DNA of 20,000 bases from Proteromonas lacertae (taxonomy: Eukaryota): positions 111,997 to 131,996 of the forward strand of contig NGBS01000308.1 of NCBI GenBank assembly GCA_002245135.1, in the 5' to 3' direction. The notes under the pieces were generated by a model that was not told the DNA's origin, searched no databases, and saw only the letters and a list, made by a program, of their open reading frames with translations. Of the stretch, positions 1-12,533 are shown in pieces. The position numbers and the translations under genes were made by a program. How positions within the stretch are numbered: the stretch's first letter is position 1; every line of letters begins with the position of its first letter.

Positions 1-1968
1 GTTCCACTACTAAGCTCTTTTATTCCACTTATATCTTTATTATCTACTTTTATATTATTCAATATATTGATTGTACTACCACTTAATACTTTTATGTTAT
101 TCACACTCAATGTATTTCCACTTAAATTTTCACCTCCTAGTGTTAAAGCATTCAATACACTATATGTTCCTTGCAAATTTAAATCACTATTGATCTTTAT
201 ATCATTTCCAGCACCATTACTACTTTGAATTGTACCAATATTTATTGTTCCACTACTAAGCTCTTTTATTCCACTTATATCTTTATTATCTACTTTTATA
301 TTATTCAATATATTGATTGTACTACCACTTAATACTTTTATGTTATTCACACTCAATGTATTTCCACTTAAATTTTCACCTCCTAGTGTTAAAGCATTCA
401 ATACACTATATGTTCCTTGTAAATTTAAATCACTATTGATCTTTATATCATTTCCAGCACCATTACTACTTTGAATTGTACCAATATTTATTGTTCCACT
501 ACTAAGCTCTTTTATTCCACTTATATCTTTGCTTGTTAACTTCATATTACCATCTATTGTTATTGTTCCACTACTACCTTTCATTTTATCGATGTTTAAT
601 ATACCACCACTTATCTCATTCACATTTAATAAATTATATGTTCCTTGTAAATTTAAATCACTATTGATCTTTATATCATTTCCAGCACCATTACTACTTT
701 GAATTGTACCAATATTTATTGTTCCACTACTAAGCTCTTTTATTCCACTTATATCTTTGCTTGTTAACTTCATATTACCATCTATTGTTATTGTTCCACT
801 ACTACCTTTCATTTTATCGATGTTTAATATACCACCACTTATCTCATTCACATTTAATAAATTATATGTTCCTTGTAAATTTAAATCACTATTGATCTTT
901 ATATCATTTCCAGCACCATTACTACTTTGAATTGTACCAATATTTATTGTTCCACTACTAAGCTCTTTTATTCCACTTATATCTTTGCTTGTTAGCTTCA
1001 TATTACCATCTATTGTTATTGTTCCACTACTACCTTTCATTTTATCGATGTTTAATATACCACCACTTATCTCATTCACATTTAATAAATTATATGTTCC
1101 TTGTAAATTTAAATCACTATTGATCTTTATATCATTTCCAGCACCATTACTACTTTGAATTGTACCAATATTTATTGTTCCACTACTAAGCTCTTTTATT
1201 CCACTTATATCTTTGCTTGTTAGCTTCATATTACCATCTATTGTTATTGTTCCACTACTACCTTTCATTTTATCGATGTTTAATATACCACCACTTATCT
1301 CATTCACATTTAATAAATTATATGTTCCTTGTAAATTTAAATCACTATTGATCTTTATATCATTTCCAGCACCATTACTACTTTGAATTGTACCAATATT
1401 TATTGTTCCACTACTAAGCTCTTTTATTCCACTTATATCTTTGCTTGTTAACTTCATATTACCATCTATTGTTATTGTTCCACTACTACCTTTCATTTTA
1501 TCGATGTTTAATATACCACCACTTATCTCATTCACATTTAATAAATTATATGTTCCTTGTAAATTTAAATCACTATTGATCTTTATATCATTTCCAGCAC
1601 CATTACTACTTTGAATTGTACCAATATTTATTGTTCCACTACTAAGCTCTTTTATTCCACTTATATCTTTATTATCTACTTTTATATTATTCAATATATT
1701 GATTGTACTACCACTTAATACTTTTATGTTATTCACACTCAATGTATTTCCACTTAAATTTTCACCTCCTAGTGTTAAAGCATTCAATACACTATATGTT
1801 CCTTGCAAATTTAAATCACTATTGATCTTTATATCATTTCCAGCACCATTACTACTTTGAATTGTACCAATATTTATTGTTCCACTACTAAGCTCTTTTA
1901 TTCCACTTATATCTTTATTATCTACTTTTATATTATTCAATATATTGATTGTACTACCACTTAATACC
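1..1968 (-). repeat. Coding tandem array of 246-bp (A, 82 aa) and 228-bp (B, 76 aa) units
   Basis: Anchor gttccactactaagctc at 1, 247, 493, 721, 949, 1177, 1405, 1633, 1879, giving A,A,B,B,B,B,B,A,partial A on the + strand. A = LSSGTINIGTIQSSNGAGNDIKINSDLNLQGTYSVLNALTLGGENLSGNTLSVNNIKVLSGSTINILNNIKVDNKDISGIKE; B = LSSGTINIGTIQSSNGAGNDIKINSDLNLQGTYNLLNVNEISGGILNIDKMKGSSGTITIDGNMKLTSKDISGIKE. Confidence 0.97.
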
Positions 1969-4660
1969 TGTATGTTATTTATTTTCAATGTTGATCCTTC
2001 TAATATATTAGCAGCAAATGATTTCAAATTCAGAATACTGTAAGTTCCTTGAAAATCCAAATCACTTGATATATTTATTGTACCACTATTACCATCCATT
2101 TCGTTAATAACAATTTTACCACTACTTAGTATATCGTTACCATTCATATTGATATTATTCTTTATAGATATTACACTATCTGCTGCATTACTTTCAATTT
2201 GTGGTAATTTTACTGAATGTATTATATTGATTGTTCCTGCTGTTGCTTCTTTTACTTTATCAATATTATGACTATCTTGTAGATCTAAATTGCTATTTAT
2301 CATTATTGTTGAAGTTGGACTATTTAATGTACCAACATTGATTTTTCCTGAGCTTAATTCTTTTACATCTTTTATATCATTTTGTTTCATATCTAAATCA
2401 CTTTTAATAGTAATTGGTTGATTGGCTGTTGGATTATCAACTGATGTAACATGTAACCAATTACCAATGTTAATTGTACCTGAACTTAATTCATTAACAT
2501 TTGAAACATCTTTACTATTCATATTTATATCACTTTCAATTGAAATTTCATCATTTCCATTACTTATGGTTTTAATATTTAGAGTTAAACCACTTATTTC
2601 ACTTACATCAGATATTTTATTACCTTTCATACTTATATCACTGTGTATATTTATTGAATTACCACTTAATACCTTCAAATTGTTAATATTCAATGTAGTT
2701 CCAGATAAATCTTTAGCTTTAAAGTTCTTTATATTAACAATATCATGATCCAACATATCTAAATTACTGTTTATCATAATAGTTCCAATTGAACCAATAT
2801 TACTTTGAATTGTACCAACATTCATTGTAGAACCATTCATTTCATTTATTCCAACTATATTTTTACTTTTCATATCAACATCACTAATTATTGAAATTGT
2901 TCCACTTATTCCACTACTACTCTCAATTGTTCCAATATTAATTGTTCCACTACTCATTTTATTTATTCCTTTTATATCTTTACCATTTAAATTCATATTA
3001 TCACTTATAACTATATCAGTTCCACCATTACTCACTTCAGGAACGTGTAATACTTTGCCAATATTAATCGTACTTGCATCTAATACATTCACACCAATTA
3101 TATCATTATTATTATTCATATTAATATCAACATTTATAGTGACTGTTCCACCATTTTTGTCATTTATTGATTGTAAATTATAGATGGATGTTCCATCTAT
3201 TTCTAAGTTATTATCTACAGATATTTTCTTTACTTTTAATTCATTGTTTTCATATTTGAATGTATTATCAAATGAGACTTTTCCATCTTCATTTAAATAA
3301 GCAACATTGTTCTTATTTTCTATTGGATAATGTAATCCGTTGGTTGTGTCTTTATCATAAGTGATATTGGGATTAATTACAGTTGGCTTGACAATGCTTG
3401 AGTTTAAGATGGATGTACCATTTGCAAATGTCATATTACCATATATATAACTTTTATCTATATTAACTGTATTTTGAACATTTCCACTAGTTAAGGTTAA
3501 ATTTCCTATTCCATCTGTAGTTTTTATTGTTGTATTTTCTAATGTAATATTACTGATTCTGGTACTATTAGATATTGTCACATTACAAATTTTTGTTTCA
3601 TAAAAAATATCCGTTACATTTAATTGACCAACCGTTATATTAGAAATTAAGTGTTTGTTTATATCAGGATTGTATTTATATTGAAATGTTGCATTAGTTA
3701 AATCGATAGTATTGTTTACTACTAAATTTGGTGTTTTTATCTCTCCATTACCTATTTTTATCTCATCATCTGTTGTATTTCCTACTGTAACATCATGAGC
3801 ATTGATATTACCATTATTTATAGTTACTACTTTATCTGAAGCTGCTCCAATGGATAAATTACCACCAATATTAGTATTTTCATTTACAACCATGTTATCA
3901 GATGTCATCTTCTTTGTATGCAAATAAACATTATTGTTATTATCAATTCCAATATGATAATTAGGCGATTTTTTTGTTTCCTTACTATTTGATAAATGAC
4001 GGATATTGGATGATTTTGAAGATGATTTATGTTGTTTAGATGACAATGATGATGATAATGACGATGTATTCTTTACCTCATAATCTCTAAGATTATAAGC
4101 TTCGTTTTTACTAGATGATTTAATAGATTCACTGAATATTGGAATTGTACCACTATCATTGGAATCATTTTCATAAAATTGAGTTTCAGAACCTTTATAG
4201 ACTCTTAAACTGTTTAAACTAAGCATTGAAGCAGATATGGTAATGTTGTAATAGTATCTCATATAACTGTAAACAAATGCCCACACGATGAATGTGTATA
4301 AAAGACAAATAAATAGGACGATAGCAGCTACTGATTGTAAAAAACAAGAATTATACTAAATTTTAAGCACTCTTTACAATGATGTTTCTTATAAGATAAA
4401 TCTACAGGTTTTAAAAACTGTCTATCCATCTTTTCTACAGCTTCTGAATATGGAACTACAGGAGTATAGTCTTTATCTATAAACTCAGGAGCAACACTAT
4501 GAACAACATTGGGTCTTACTGATAAATATCTGCCATGAGAATTATGTTCTTTGACAGTTTTGATAGAATTAGGAACTAGTCATAATTAAAAAATTAATAT
4601 ACCTCTAGCTATTGGAGGGGGAGCTTTTGGAGAAGGATAAGCCCATTTTTCTGAAGACAT
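1..4660 (-). CDS. Giant type II membrane protein with beta-rich repeat ectodomain (putative surface fibre/adhesin), 3' end outside window; 3 exons
   Basis: Exon 1 4660-4603 (MSSEKWAYPSPKAPPPIAR), 27-nt GT-AG intron 4602-4576, exon 2 4575-4378 (..LKPVDLSYKKHH), 47-nt intron 4377-4331, exon 3 4330-<1. The exon 3 frame was read by hand with no stop to the window edge (>1440 codons). Single hydrophobic segment LAAIVLFICLLYTFIVWAFVY, then a Ser-rich linker, many N-x-S/T sequons and ~40-aa repeats with [DN]-[LI]-[DN]-M-x2-3-[KDN]-I-x2-[IV] motifs. Absent from the ORF track, probably because it has no stop in the window. Confidence 0.9.
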
Positions 4661-5049
4661 GATGAAAGAAAAAAAAATTCAAAAACTCAACTGATAGTTA
4701 ATGAAAAATATAATTTCATACCCCTAAAAATGAAAATGTGTAGAATTTGTCTATAACACTTTTAATTCTTTCAGAAATGCTCATATGAGAGTAATTCATG
4801 ATTCTATATAGACAAATGAATTTAATTTTATTGTTATGTGTTTATGTTTTCTATTTATACTTGAGAATGACAAAACAATCTTTAAATTGCTTCTTTTCTT
4901 TTTGTGATAATCGAAATAACAAAGTGGAGTAGCTATATTGGTGTAATTGACATTTTTGTCACATTGAAATTAGCATAATATAAAGCACTGCAATAGGTTA
5001 CATATCAATCAAACATCATATTAATTAGAAATAAGTTGTACATAAATAA

Positions 5050-7265
5050 ATGAAAAAAACTGTTTGATTATTGTTTGAGATTTCATTTTGATTTTTTTAA
5101 TTTTAATCAGCTTATAATGATCATATCAAAATATTTCCCCCAAAATGGGTATGAAATACCATTCTATTTCCTTTTTAGACTATTAATGGATATAGTTTCG
5201 AAAGGTTATCATGATATGAAAATAGAACTAAATAATGGAGATGTAATTTACTCTGTTAAGTTAATTCTATGTTATTCTAATGAAAATTTCAAGGATATCA
5301 TAGAAGGTAATGAATGTAGTGATGATATATATATAAAGGAGGATATTAATAGAGAATCTGTGATGTTATTACTTCAATATTATGGTGGTGGTAAAATTGA
5401 AATAAATGATGACAATGTGAAGAATTTAATGTTGTTATGTTTGATTTATAAAGAAAATACCTTGTTAACTGAATTGAAAAACTATTGTATTAATCATTTA
5501 AATGAAGATATAATAAAATACTTATTAAATCATATCGAAATAATGGATGTAGAAATACTGAAAGATTTAAAATCTAGTTGTGATGTATATGTCAAAGATA
5601 TAGGGTTTTTACTATTAGAAGATGCAAATCAACTAGCTATTGGTGGATTAAAATATATTCTATCAACAGAAAATCTATCAATCAAAAATGAAAATCAAAT
5701 ATTGAATGGTTTATTGAGTTATTATAAAACAAATAAAAATGAAATTGAAAGTATACAATCTTTATTTTCTAATTAAATAGATGATGAAGAGAAGAAAGAG
5801 TCTTTTTATAGTCTTATGAAGTATATTAATTGGGATAAAATAAATGTAAAGACAATCAATCCAGAAGATCTTTCGTTAGTTGATAAATTTGAAGATTCAA
5901 TTACAGAAAGTTTAACAGAAGCAATTCAGAGAAATTATATATTAATTCCAGATATTAAAAACCGCAAATTAGATAGAATAGTAAATAATGTTTATAAATC
6001 AATAATACTTCATGAAGAATACTCATCTAATTGTTTAAATGATATTGAGAATGAAAATTTGAATGAAGATTTGAGAATGTTATTTTCCTCAAATGATATA
6101 AGAATAATCAAAGTGACAATATATGTAATTATTGACTATAATATAAATTATGAAATTGAAAAGGATTTGAAAAATAAATTGCTCAAAGATTTGATTAGAG
6201 ATTATAAAGAATTAAAGTCAAAAGAAGATGAAAGAGCAATAACTGTAAAATGTATCTCCTATTTCATAAACTGTATTAATTCATCATTTAATGTTCTATC
6301 ATAGATGAATCTTTGAAAAAGATGTATGATAAGTGTGGATATAATATACTATTGAAGTTATTAAATGTAAATACAATATCAAATGATAAATCTGAAACAA
6401 TAACACAATTCATAAAAGATGCTGGTTTATTAAACAATGAAAAAGTACTTCACAAGTTTAAATCAAATGTAAAGAAAGGTGAAATTAAGAAAAAGATGGT
6501 TAAAAGAATGACTTATTTTAGATATGATAAGAACAAATACATATTTCATGTTAATGAAGAGGTTTATATTCCATGTGAAACTGATGGTGAATCATGTTGT
6601 TTTTCAATCTATCCAAGTATGTAAATATATTCTATTATTTAATGATTTAGTATTACCTTCTGGATTGTATATTGATGAAAAAACAGGAGAAATTAGTGGT
6701 AAAGCATTGAAAACAAGTGAAAGAAAAACATATGAAATAACATGTAAAGCTGCAGATGTTGAAATGATGTTTTCAGTTGTTTTATCAATTACAACTTATC
6801 AATTTTTAACCAATAAGAATAGCACAGTTGGAGGATTATCTATAATCAATGAAGGGAAAAAGCTGTTGTGTGTTGGTAATAAAGGATATAATTTCATTAA
6901 TCTGAAACTCGTAAATAGAATATATCGAATTAAATTCAAAGTATCATTCAAATTTACTGCTTATTTCAAGTATTGGTGTTTCAACAAAGATGGATTTATC
7001 CTCCAAAAATGATCAAACATATTCTATTGATTTATATAACTCTGAATCTAGATTATTTGGTAAGAATAAAGTGAAGAACCCACATTACATCACTAATAAA
7101 GGAGATGAATATGAATTTATATATAAGATGGATAAAATGACAATATCAGTAAGACAAAATGGAGGAGAAGAGATTGAAATATTTAAAGATTTACCATCTC
7201 CACTATATCCTTATGTTAGTTTAAATGAAAAAGGAAGTGGAATTGAAATAGGTAAACACTTGTAA
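5050..7265 (+). CDS. BTB/POZ-BACK protein with putative Ig (He_PIG-like) domain and C-terminal SPRY/B30.2-like domain
   Basis: ORF-track fragments are joined by GT-AG introns 5149-5178 (30 nt), 5751-5780 (30 nt), 6273-6304 (32 nt), 6617-6650 (34 nt), plus one +1 frameshift near 6965. BTB-like: YHDMKIEL..LLLQYYGGGKIEINDDNVKNLMLLC..Y....LLTELKNY. BACK-like: LSIKNENQIL..LMKYINW. He_PIG-like: FSIYPILPSGLYIDEKTGEISG. SPRY-like end: KGDEYEF..ISVRQNG..FKDLPSPLYPYVSL. Start uncertain (ATG 5050 with a possible intron, or ATG 5117). Confidence 0.75.
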
Positions 7266-7352
7266 TTGAATAATTTTACTGTTTTTGTTATTTTTGGTTG
7301 AAAAATTAAAAAGAGAAACAATAAAAACAACATATCTATATATAGAATTATA

Positions 7353-10300
7353 TTAATAAAAGTTAATTTCACAATTATTCAATATTGTCTTAACTTCATC
7401 AACTGTAGTATTAATTGGATTATTTACTAAACTCAGTTTCTTCAGTTTAGGCAATAAAGGCAATGATATTTTCAATACATCAACACTTTCATCAGTCAAA
7501 CCATTATCTAATAAAAAAGAAATAAAAACTATAAAATATACTATTCAAATATAATTCCTCCAAATTATTGGTATAACGGAAAGAATCTACAAAGAATTGT
7601 ACTCCTATTGGTCCCATTGCCGTTGAACCAATCGCTAATATCTTCAAGCCTGCCAAGCCTTTCAAACCATCACACAATAATCTCACTCCTTTTTCACATA
7701 TTTTATTCCCCCAAATCGATAATCTCGTCAATTCTGTAGTGACTTTCAATCCTTCATTCAACCACTTTATAGATTCCAGCATTTAATTGTGTTCTACTTA
7801 TTCCTAAATCTTTTAGTTTTGGTAAATACTTCAATCCATTACTTAACCACATCATCCCTGTATCTCCTATATTATTACCATCTAAAGATAGCTTTTGCAT
7901 ATCAGGACAATATCTTAAGCTATTACCTAAAAATTTAATACCTTCTTCATTGATTTGATTATTTCCAATCTCAAAATCTTGCAATTTATTTAACATTTGT
8001 AGCCTATCGCATAATCTTTCAAATCCAATATCACTTATCTTGTTTCCATATAAATATAACACTTCTAATTCCTTTGTAAATTGTAAACCTTCACTTAAGA
8101 ACTTTAAACCTGCATTTCCTATGAGATTTTCATATAATGTCAATTTCTTTAATTTCTTCATGGATCTTAGTGATTTAACGAAGAATTTCATTCCATTATC
8201 TGCGATGTGATTTGTACCTAATTCTAAGTCCTCTAAATCATGTAACGCACTTAATCCTAAACATAAATAATTCATTCCTATATCACCAATTTCGTTACCC
8301 CATAAATGTAACGTATTTAATTTTGGTAATGTAATCAGTGCATCACTTAGCCATTTTGCTCCATCATCTCCAATATGATTTCCATCTAAAGTTAACACTC
8401 TTAAATTACTCATTACACTCATAAATATACTTATATACTGAATTCCAACATCACCAATATTGTTCCCTATATATAAAAACATAAATAAAATAGTAAAACG
8501 GATAGAAAAGTGAATATAAAAGTGAATATATATACTTGATATTTGAAGATCAATCAAATTCGGCAAACACTTCAAACCTGTACATAGTAACTTTAATCCA
8601 TTATCACCTATCTTATTACCATATAAATACAATATTTCCAATTCATTTGTATATTGTAAACCATCACTTAAAAATCTCATTCCCTCTTCTTTAATCTGAT
8701 TTCCATCTAATGATAGTTTATTCAAATGAATTAAATGTTTCATGGCGTTAGATAAATACTGAACTCCTGCATCTGTTATATCATTATCGCCAATTTCTAA
8801 GTCTTTTAAATTCTGCAAATTGATTAATCCTTCTGACAATAACTTTACACCAGAATCTCCTAAATTATTCTCAAATAACCACAAAGTGTCAATGGATTTA
8901 GTATACATAAAACCATCGCATATTACTTTCATTCCTGTTGCTTGTAATTGATTTCCTCCAATTGTTAGACGTAATAATTTGCTTGAATTTTTCATACACT
9001 TATCAAATGAGATTATATCATTATCTCCAATATTGTTATTTCCTAATTCCAATTCTTTTAATTGATTTAATATACTGATTTTGTCTAATAATGTGTTTAA
9101 ACCATATTCATTTATTGATACATCAAATACTCGTAGAATTTCTAATCGATTAACTAAATTGTATGTTATTACATAAAAAACTAATTCCTTCATTTCCTAT
9201 AGGATTTGAACCAATTCCAAGCTCAATTAGATTCGGTATAAATTGTAAAGAATTAGATAGATAAGTCATTCCAATAGATGTTATATGATTTACACCAACA
9301 TTTAAAACACTTTAAATGTCTCATATATGACATATTATCACATAAATACTTCATTCCTTCATTACCTATATTGTTATTATATAAATATAATGTCTCTAAA
9401 TCACCTAAGAATTTCATTGATGATGAAAATATCTTCATTCCTTTATAAGTCAAATTATTCTGTGCTAAATTCAAATCTCTTAATCGATATAATCTTATAA
9501 TTATATTACTCAAATATTCTATTCCTTCATCACCAATAGCGTTATTATTTAAATATAAAACCACTACATTTGGGATATACTTTAATAATGAACTTATTTC
9601 CTTGCAATTCTTGATTGGATATCACCATATTTTGACAGTCTATTGTACCTAATGAAGTTCCTTTCATTACTTTGTAATGAATCATATCCACAGGATTATT
9701 CAATTGATTTTTTCAATATATCCGCTAAACTAATTTCCATATTCAAACATACATTAATTAATAACTTATATAATTTTGGTGAATAAGTATTGTTAAATCC
9801 ATGTATTATTTGATACAATAATACTACATCAGTTAATACATTTTGTACAACTTTGTCAGTTACAATTTCTTCGTTACTCATTGCATTGATTTCTTCGTAT
9901 GTGTAACGGACGACTGGTAAAGGATCTATTTGTGCATTGTCTCTAATTCGCTGTAATTCGCTGATAATTTCATCAATATTTAATCTTTCTTTTTGATCTA
10001 TTACTAGTAATTTCTTGAGTAATTGATTGAGTTGATCACTGAACACACTTTCTAAGTCTGGATAATTAGCTGATGTGATTGATAACTGAACATCTAATAA
10101 AGATTTACCATTGAATGTGTTTTTTCCACTTAGAATGTAGTACATTACACAACCATAACTCCAAATATCAGTTTTTATATCAATTTCTTCATTCTTTAAC
10201 ATTTCGGGTGACATGTACTGATATGTTGAAATTGCGATTGAAGGAAGTGAACTTGGTGCCAATAAATCATTCTTACAGTAATCACTTACTATTGCATTAC

Positions 10301-10784
10301 CTTCTGAATCTAATAATACATTGGATGGCTTTAAATCACCGTGATAAATGTTTAATTTATGTATTGATTGAATTCCATCCGCTATGCTGCTTAATAAACT
10401 ATATGTTCTAAATTCTGCAACTGTATCTTTTGTGTCAATAGCTATGATATTAGAAGGATATTCTGACATTGTCACTACTATAGTGTTTTTCACAGCAGCT
10501 GTTGCATGGTAATGGATTATATGTGCGTTGTCTTGAGAACTGACCTTTGTTACTTTCTCTAAAAACTTTTGAATCACTCCTTCTTCTATTTTATCAGCTT
10601 TCATCATTTTTACTATTTCTTGTTCCTTAGTACTCTTATTTTTAACTAAATACAAATTACCATCTGCACTACCACTTAACTCTCTGATAATCTAAACGAA
10701 TTATAATTCATATAACAATACTTGATAGTTCAATGATGGATCTAACCCGCTTAGCAAAGAAGCATTTGAAGCACCTGCACCCAT
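7353..10784 (-). CDS. Putatively N-myristoylated atypical Ser/Thr protein kinase fused to ~24 ribonuclease-inhibitor-type LRRs
   Basis: Start 10784 MGAGASNASLLSG.., 30-nt intron 10721-10692, kinase domain (HGDLKPSN, DYC, YMSPE, DIWSYG). Followed by 28-aa LRRs (LxxLxLxxNxIGDxGxxxL), a 69-nt intron 8535-8467, a 34-nt intron 7541-7508 and stop TAA 7355-7353. Joining into one frame needs five +1 corrections (~9710, ~9612, ~9305, ~9150, ~7777); the last three clearly restore the LRR consensus. Confidence 0.8.
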
Positions 10785-10884
10785 TGTATTTAGCTAGATA
10801 TTTCAAGAAACGTTATAACGAATAAATCAAATTAATACAAGTATTATATTGTATTCTTATGTATTTTGCTGAAAAGTTTATAAA

Positions 10885-10892
10885 AACAAACA
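10885..10892 (-). promoter_or_regulatory. TGTTTGTT 3'-end/polyadenylation-associated motif
   Basis: Exact TGTTTGTT on the - strand ~48 nt after stop TAG (10940). This motif is described just downstream of poly(A) sites in Blastocystis. Similar TGTT-rich motifs follow the stops at 7265 (+, 7280-7289) and 7353 (-, 7332-7325). Confidence 0.55.
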
Positions 10893-10939
10893 GTATTATA
10901 TACAAAACCAAAACAATCATTTAATAAAGTGAAATATCA

Positions 10940-12533
10940 CTACTCTTTATTCATTTCAAATTGAACTAAACAATCATTATACAATCCATTCATAGGAATA
11001 TCTTTGAACGATTCAATATACTTGTATATATCTCCTTTCTATATATAAATATAAATATATTATAAATATAAATATACATCCAGATTATGTAAAATACACA
11101 ATTCAACGTATTTCTTCAAGAATCTATTCAATATTTTGGAGAAATATGATTTATTATAACTTAGAATTGTATGAACATTATTATGAACACTGTAAAACTC
11201 TTTAATTTTATTACATAACATTTCTATCACTTTCTATTTAGAAGATAAATAATATAATTAATAAATATACTAATATATTTATCATTTTACTAATAATTAC
11301 TTCTTTTTTGTTAATATTTTCTATCTTCATAAGACTATTCTTATGTGATTGAAATAGATCTATATATTGATCAGATTGGTTTAATAAAAATGAGGTTATA
11401 TCATTTGGATTAACATTTTGAAGTGTTGGATACCTTTGATATAAATTATTTATGAAAATATATAGCATATTCTGGTTTTGATTTATTTCACCATTTATTT
11501 TATTAATATCATTTTGTAATGGAGCAATTTGATTCTCTATATCTAATCGATAAGCTAAATATAATAACTCTTAAATATACTTTGAAATAAAGATTCATAT
11601 AATTTCATATTATTCATAAAATTCTGTAAATCATATAATACAATATCCGTTTTATCATTAAATATTTCTTCATTATCATCATCCTCAACAGTATATAGTT
11701 TCAAAATTCCATTTAAAAATTCTTGTGATAAAGACACTGTTGTAAAGTCATAATTATTTGGATGTAACATTAATGATGGTAAAGAATAAATCATTTGAAT
11801 AAAAGTACTATATAAATATAAATATATAAATATTATTATTAATTAAAAATATTATAATATACTATAGATATTTACCAGTATATTCATTATTCCAATTCTC
11901 TAATAATTCCTTTAAAATACTTATTATCAATTCATTTAATGGTTCTGGAATAAACTCAAATCTGGTTAACATTTCATGAATAACATCTTCTATATTTATT
12001 TTTGATGGATTGTTCATTTTTGACTTTATTTCTTTATAAATGTGATGAATTTCTCTTTCTTTTTCCACTTGATTTAGTTTGAGTTTTCTGAAACTTCTGT
12101 ATGTTGATGGTTCTGAATCTGTTTTAGGAGTTTTGGGAGTGGTAGGAGAAGAATAAGAAGAATAATCAAAACTATGAATAATGTATGTTAATATACAGTT
12201 GAGTGGAGGAAATATCATCAACACTAAATAAAATATAATAACTTATAGATATACATAAAATATTCATTTGATGGATTTTCTGGATTTCTAAAATGATTGT
12301 ATAAATGACTATACAGTGGTTTAAAAGATGACGATTCTCGATGAGATCTTAAACTTCTATACAAAAATATAACTATACACTATACTTTGAATTTGTTTTG
12401 ATTATTTTAGTATTTCTTCTAGAAATATAATTCATGAACATACGAGATAGAACTGCTATTTCCACCAGGACTATATTAATTAACATAATATTATGAAATA
12501 CGATTGGGGGTCGTAAGATAATGATCTCTTCAT
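10940..12533 (-). CDS. Hypothetical protein, 11 exons, Ser-rich micro-exon-encoded N-terminus
   Basis: ATG 12533; GT-AG introns 12501-12471, 12443-12419, 12385-12357, 12314-12288, 12254-12224, 12196-12172, 11862-11808, 11580-11555, 11270-11234, 11077-11039. Splicing gives one continuous frame MKRSLSYDPQSPGGNSSSISRNTK...SPTTPKTPK...QFEMNKE* ending at TAG 10942-10940. No domain recognised. Confidence 0.75.

Noticed and set aside
2422..2748. 108-aa + strand ORF, and other antisense ORFs (10115-10411, 14761-15066, 15130-15381, 15530-15745, 16291-16557, 18567-18890)
   Set aside because: These are shadow ORFs opposite real coding regions, with hydrophobic composition expected from antisense codons.
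4948..4961. Short palindrome TGACA-N4-TGTCA in the left intergenic region
   Set aside because: 5-bp arms are expected by chance in AT-rich DNA.
6941..6970. Possible 30-nt GT-AG intron explaining the SPRY frame break
   Set aside because: Removing 30 nt does not change the frame; a 1-nt correction is still required.
7263..10942. Polyadenylation-generated stop codons (known in Blastocystis)
   Set aside because: All three complete genes have genomic stops (TAA 7263-7265, TAA 7355-7353, TAG 10942-10940).
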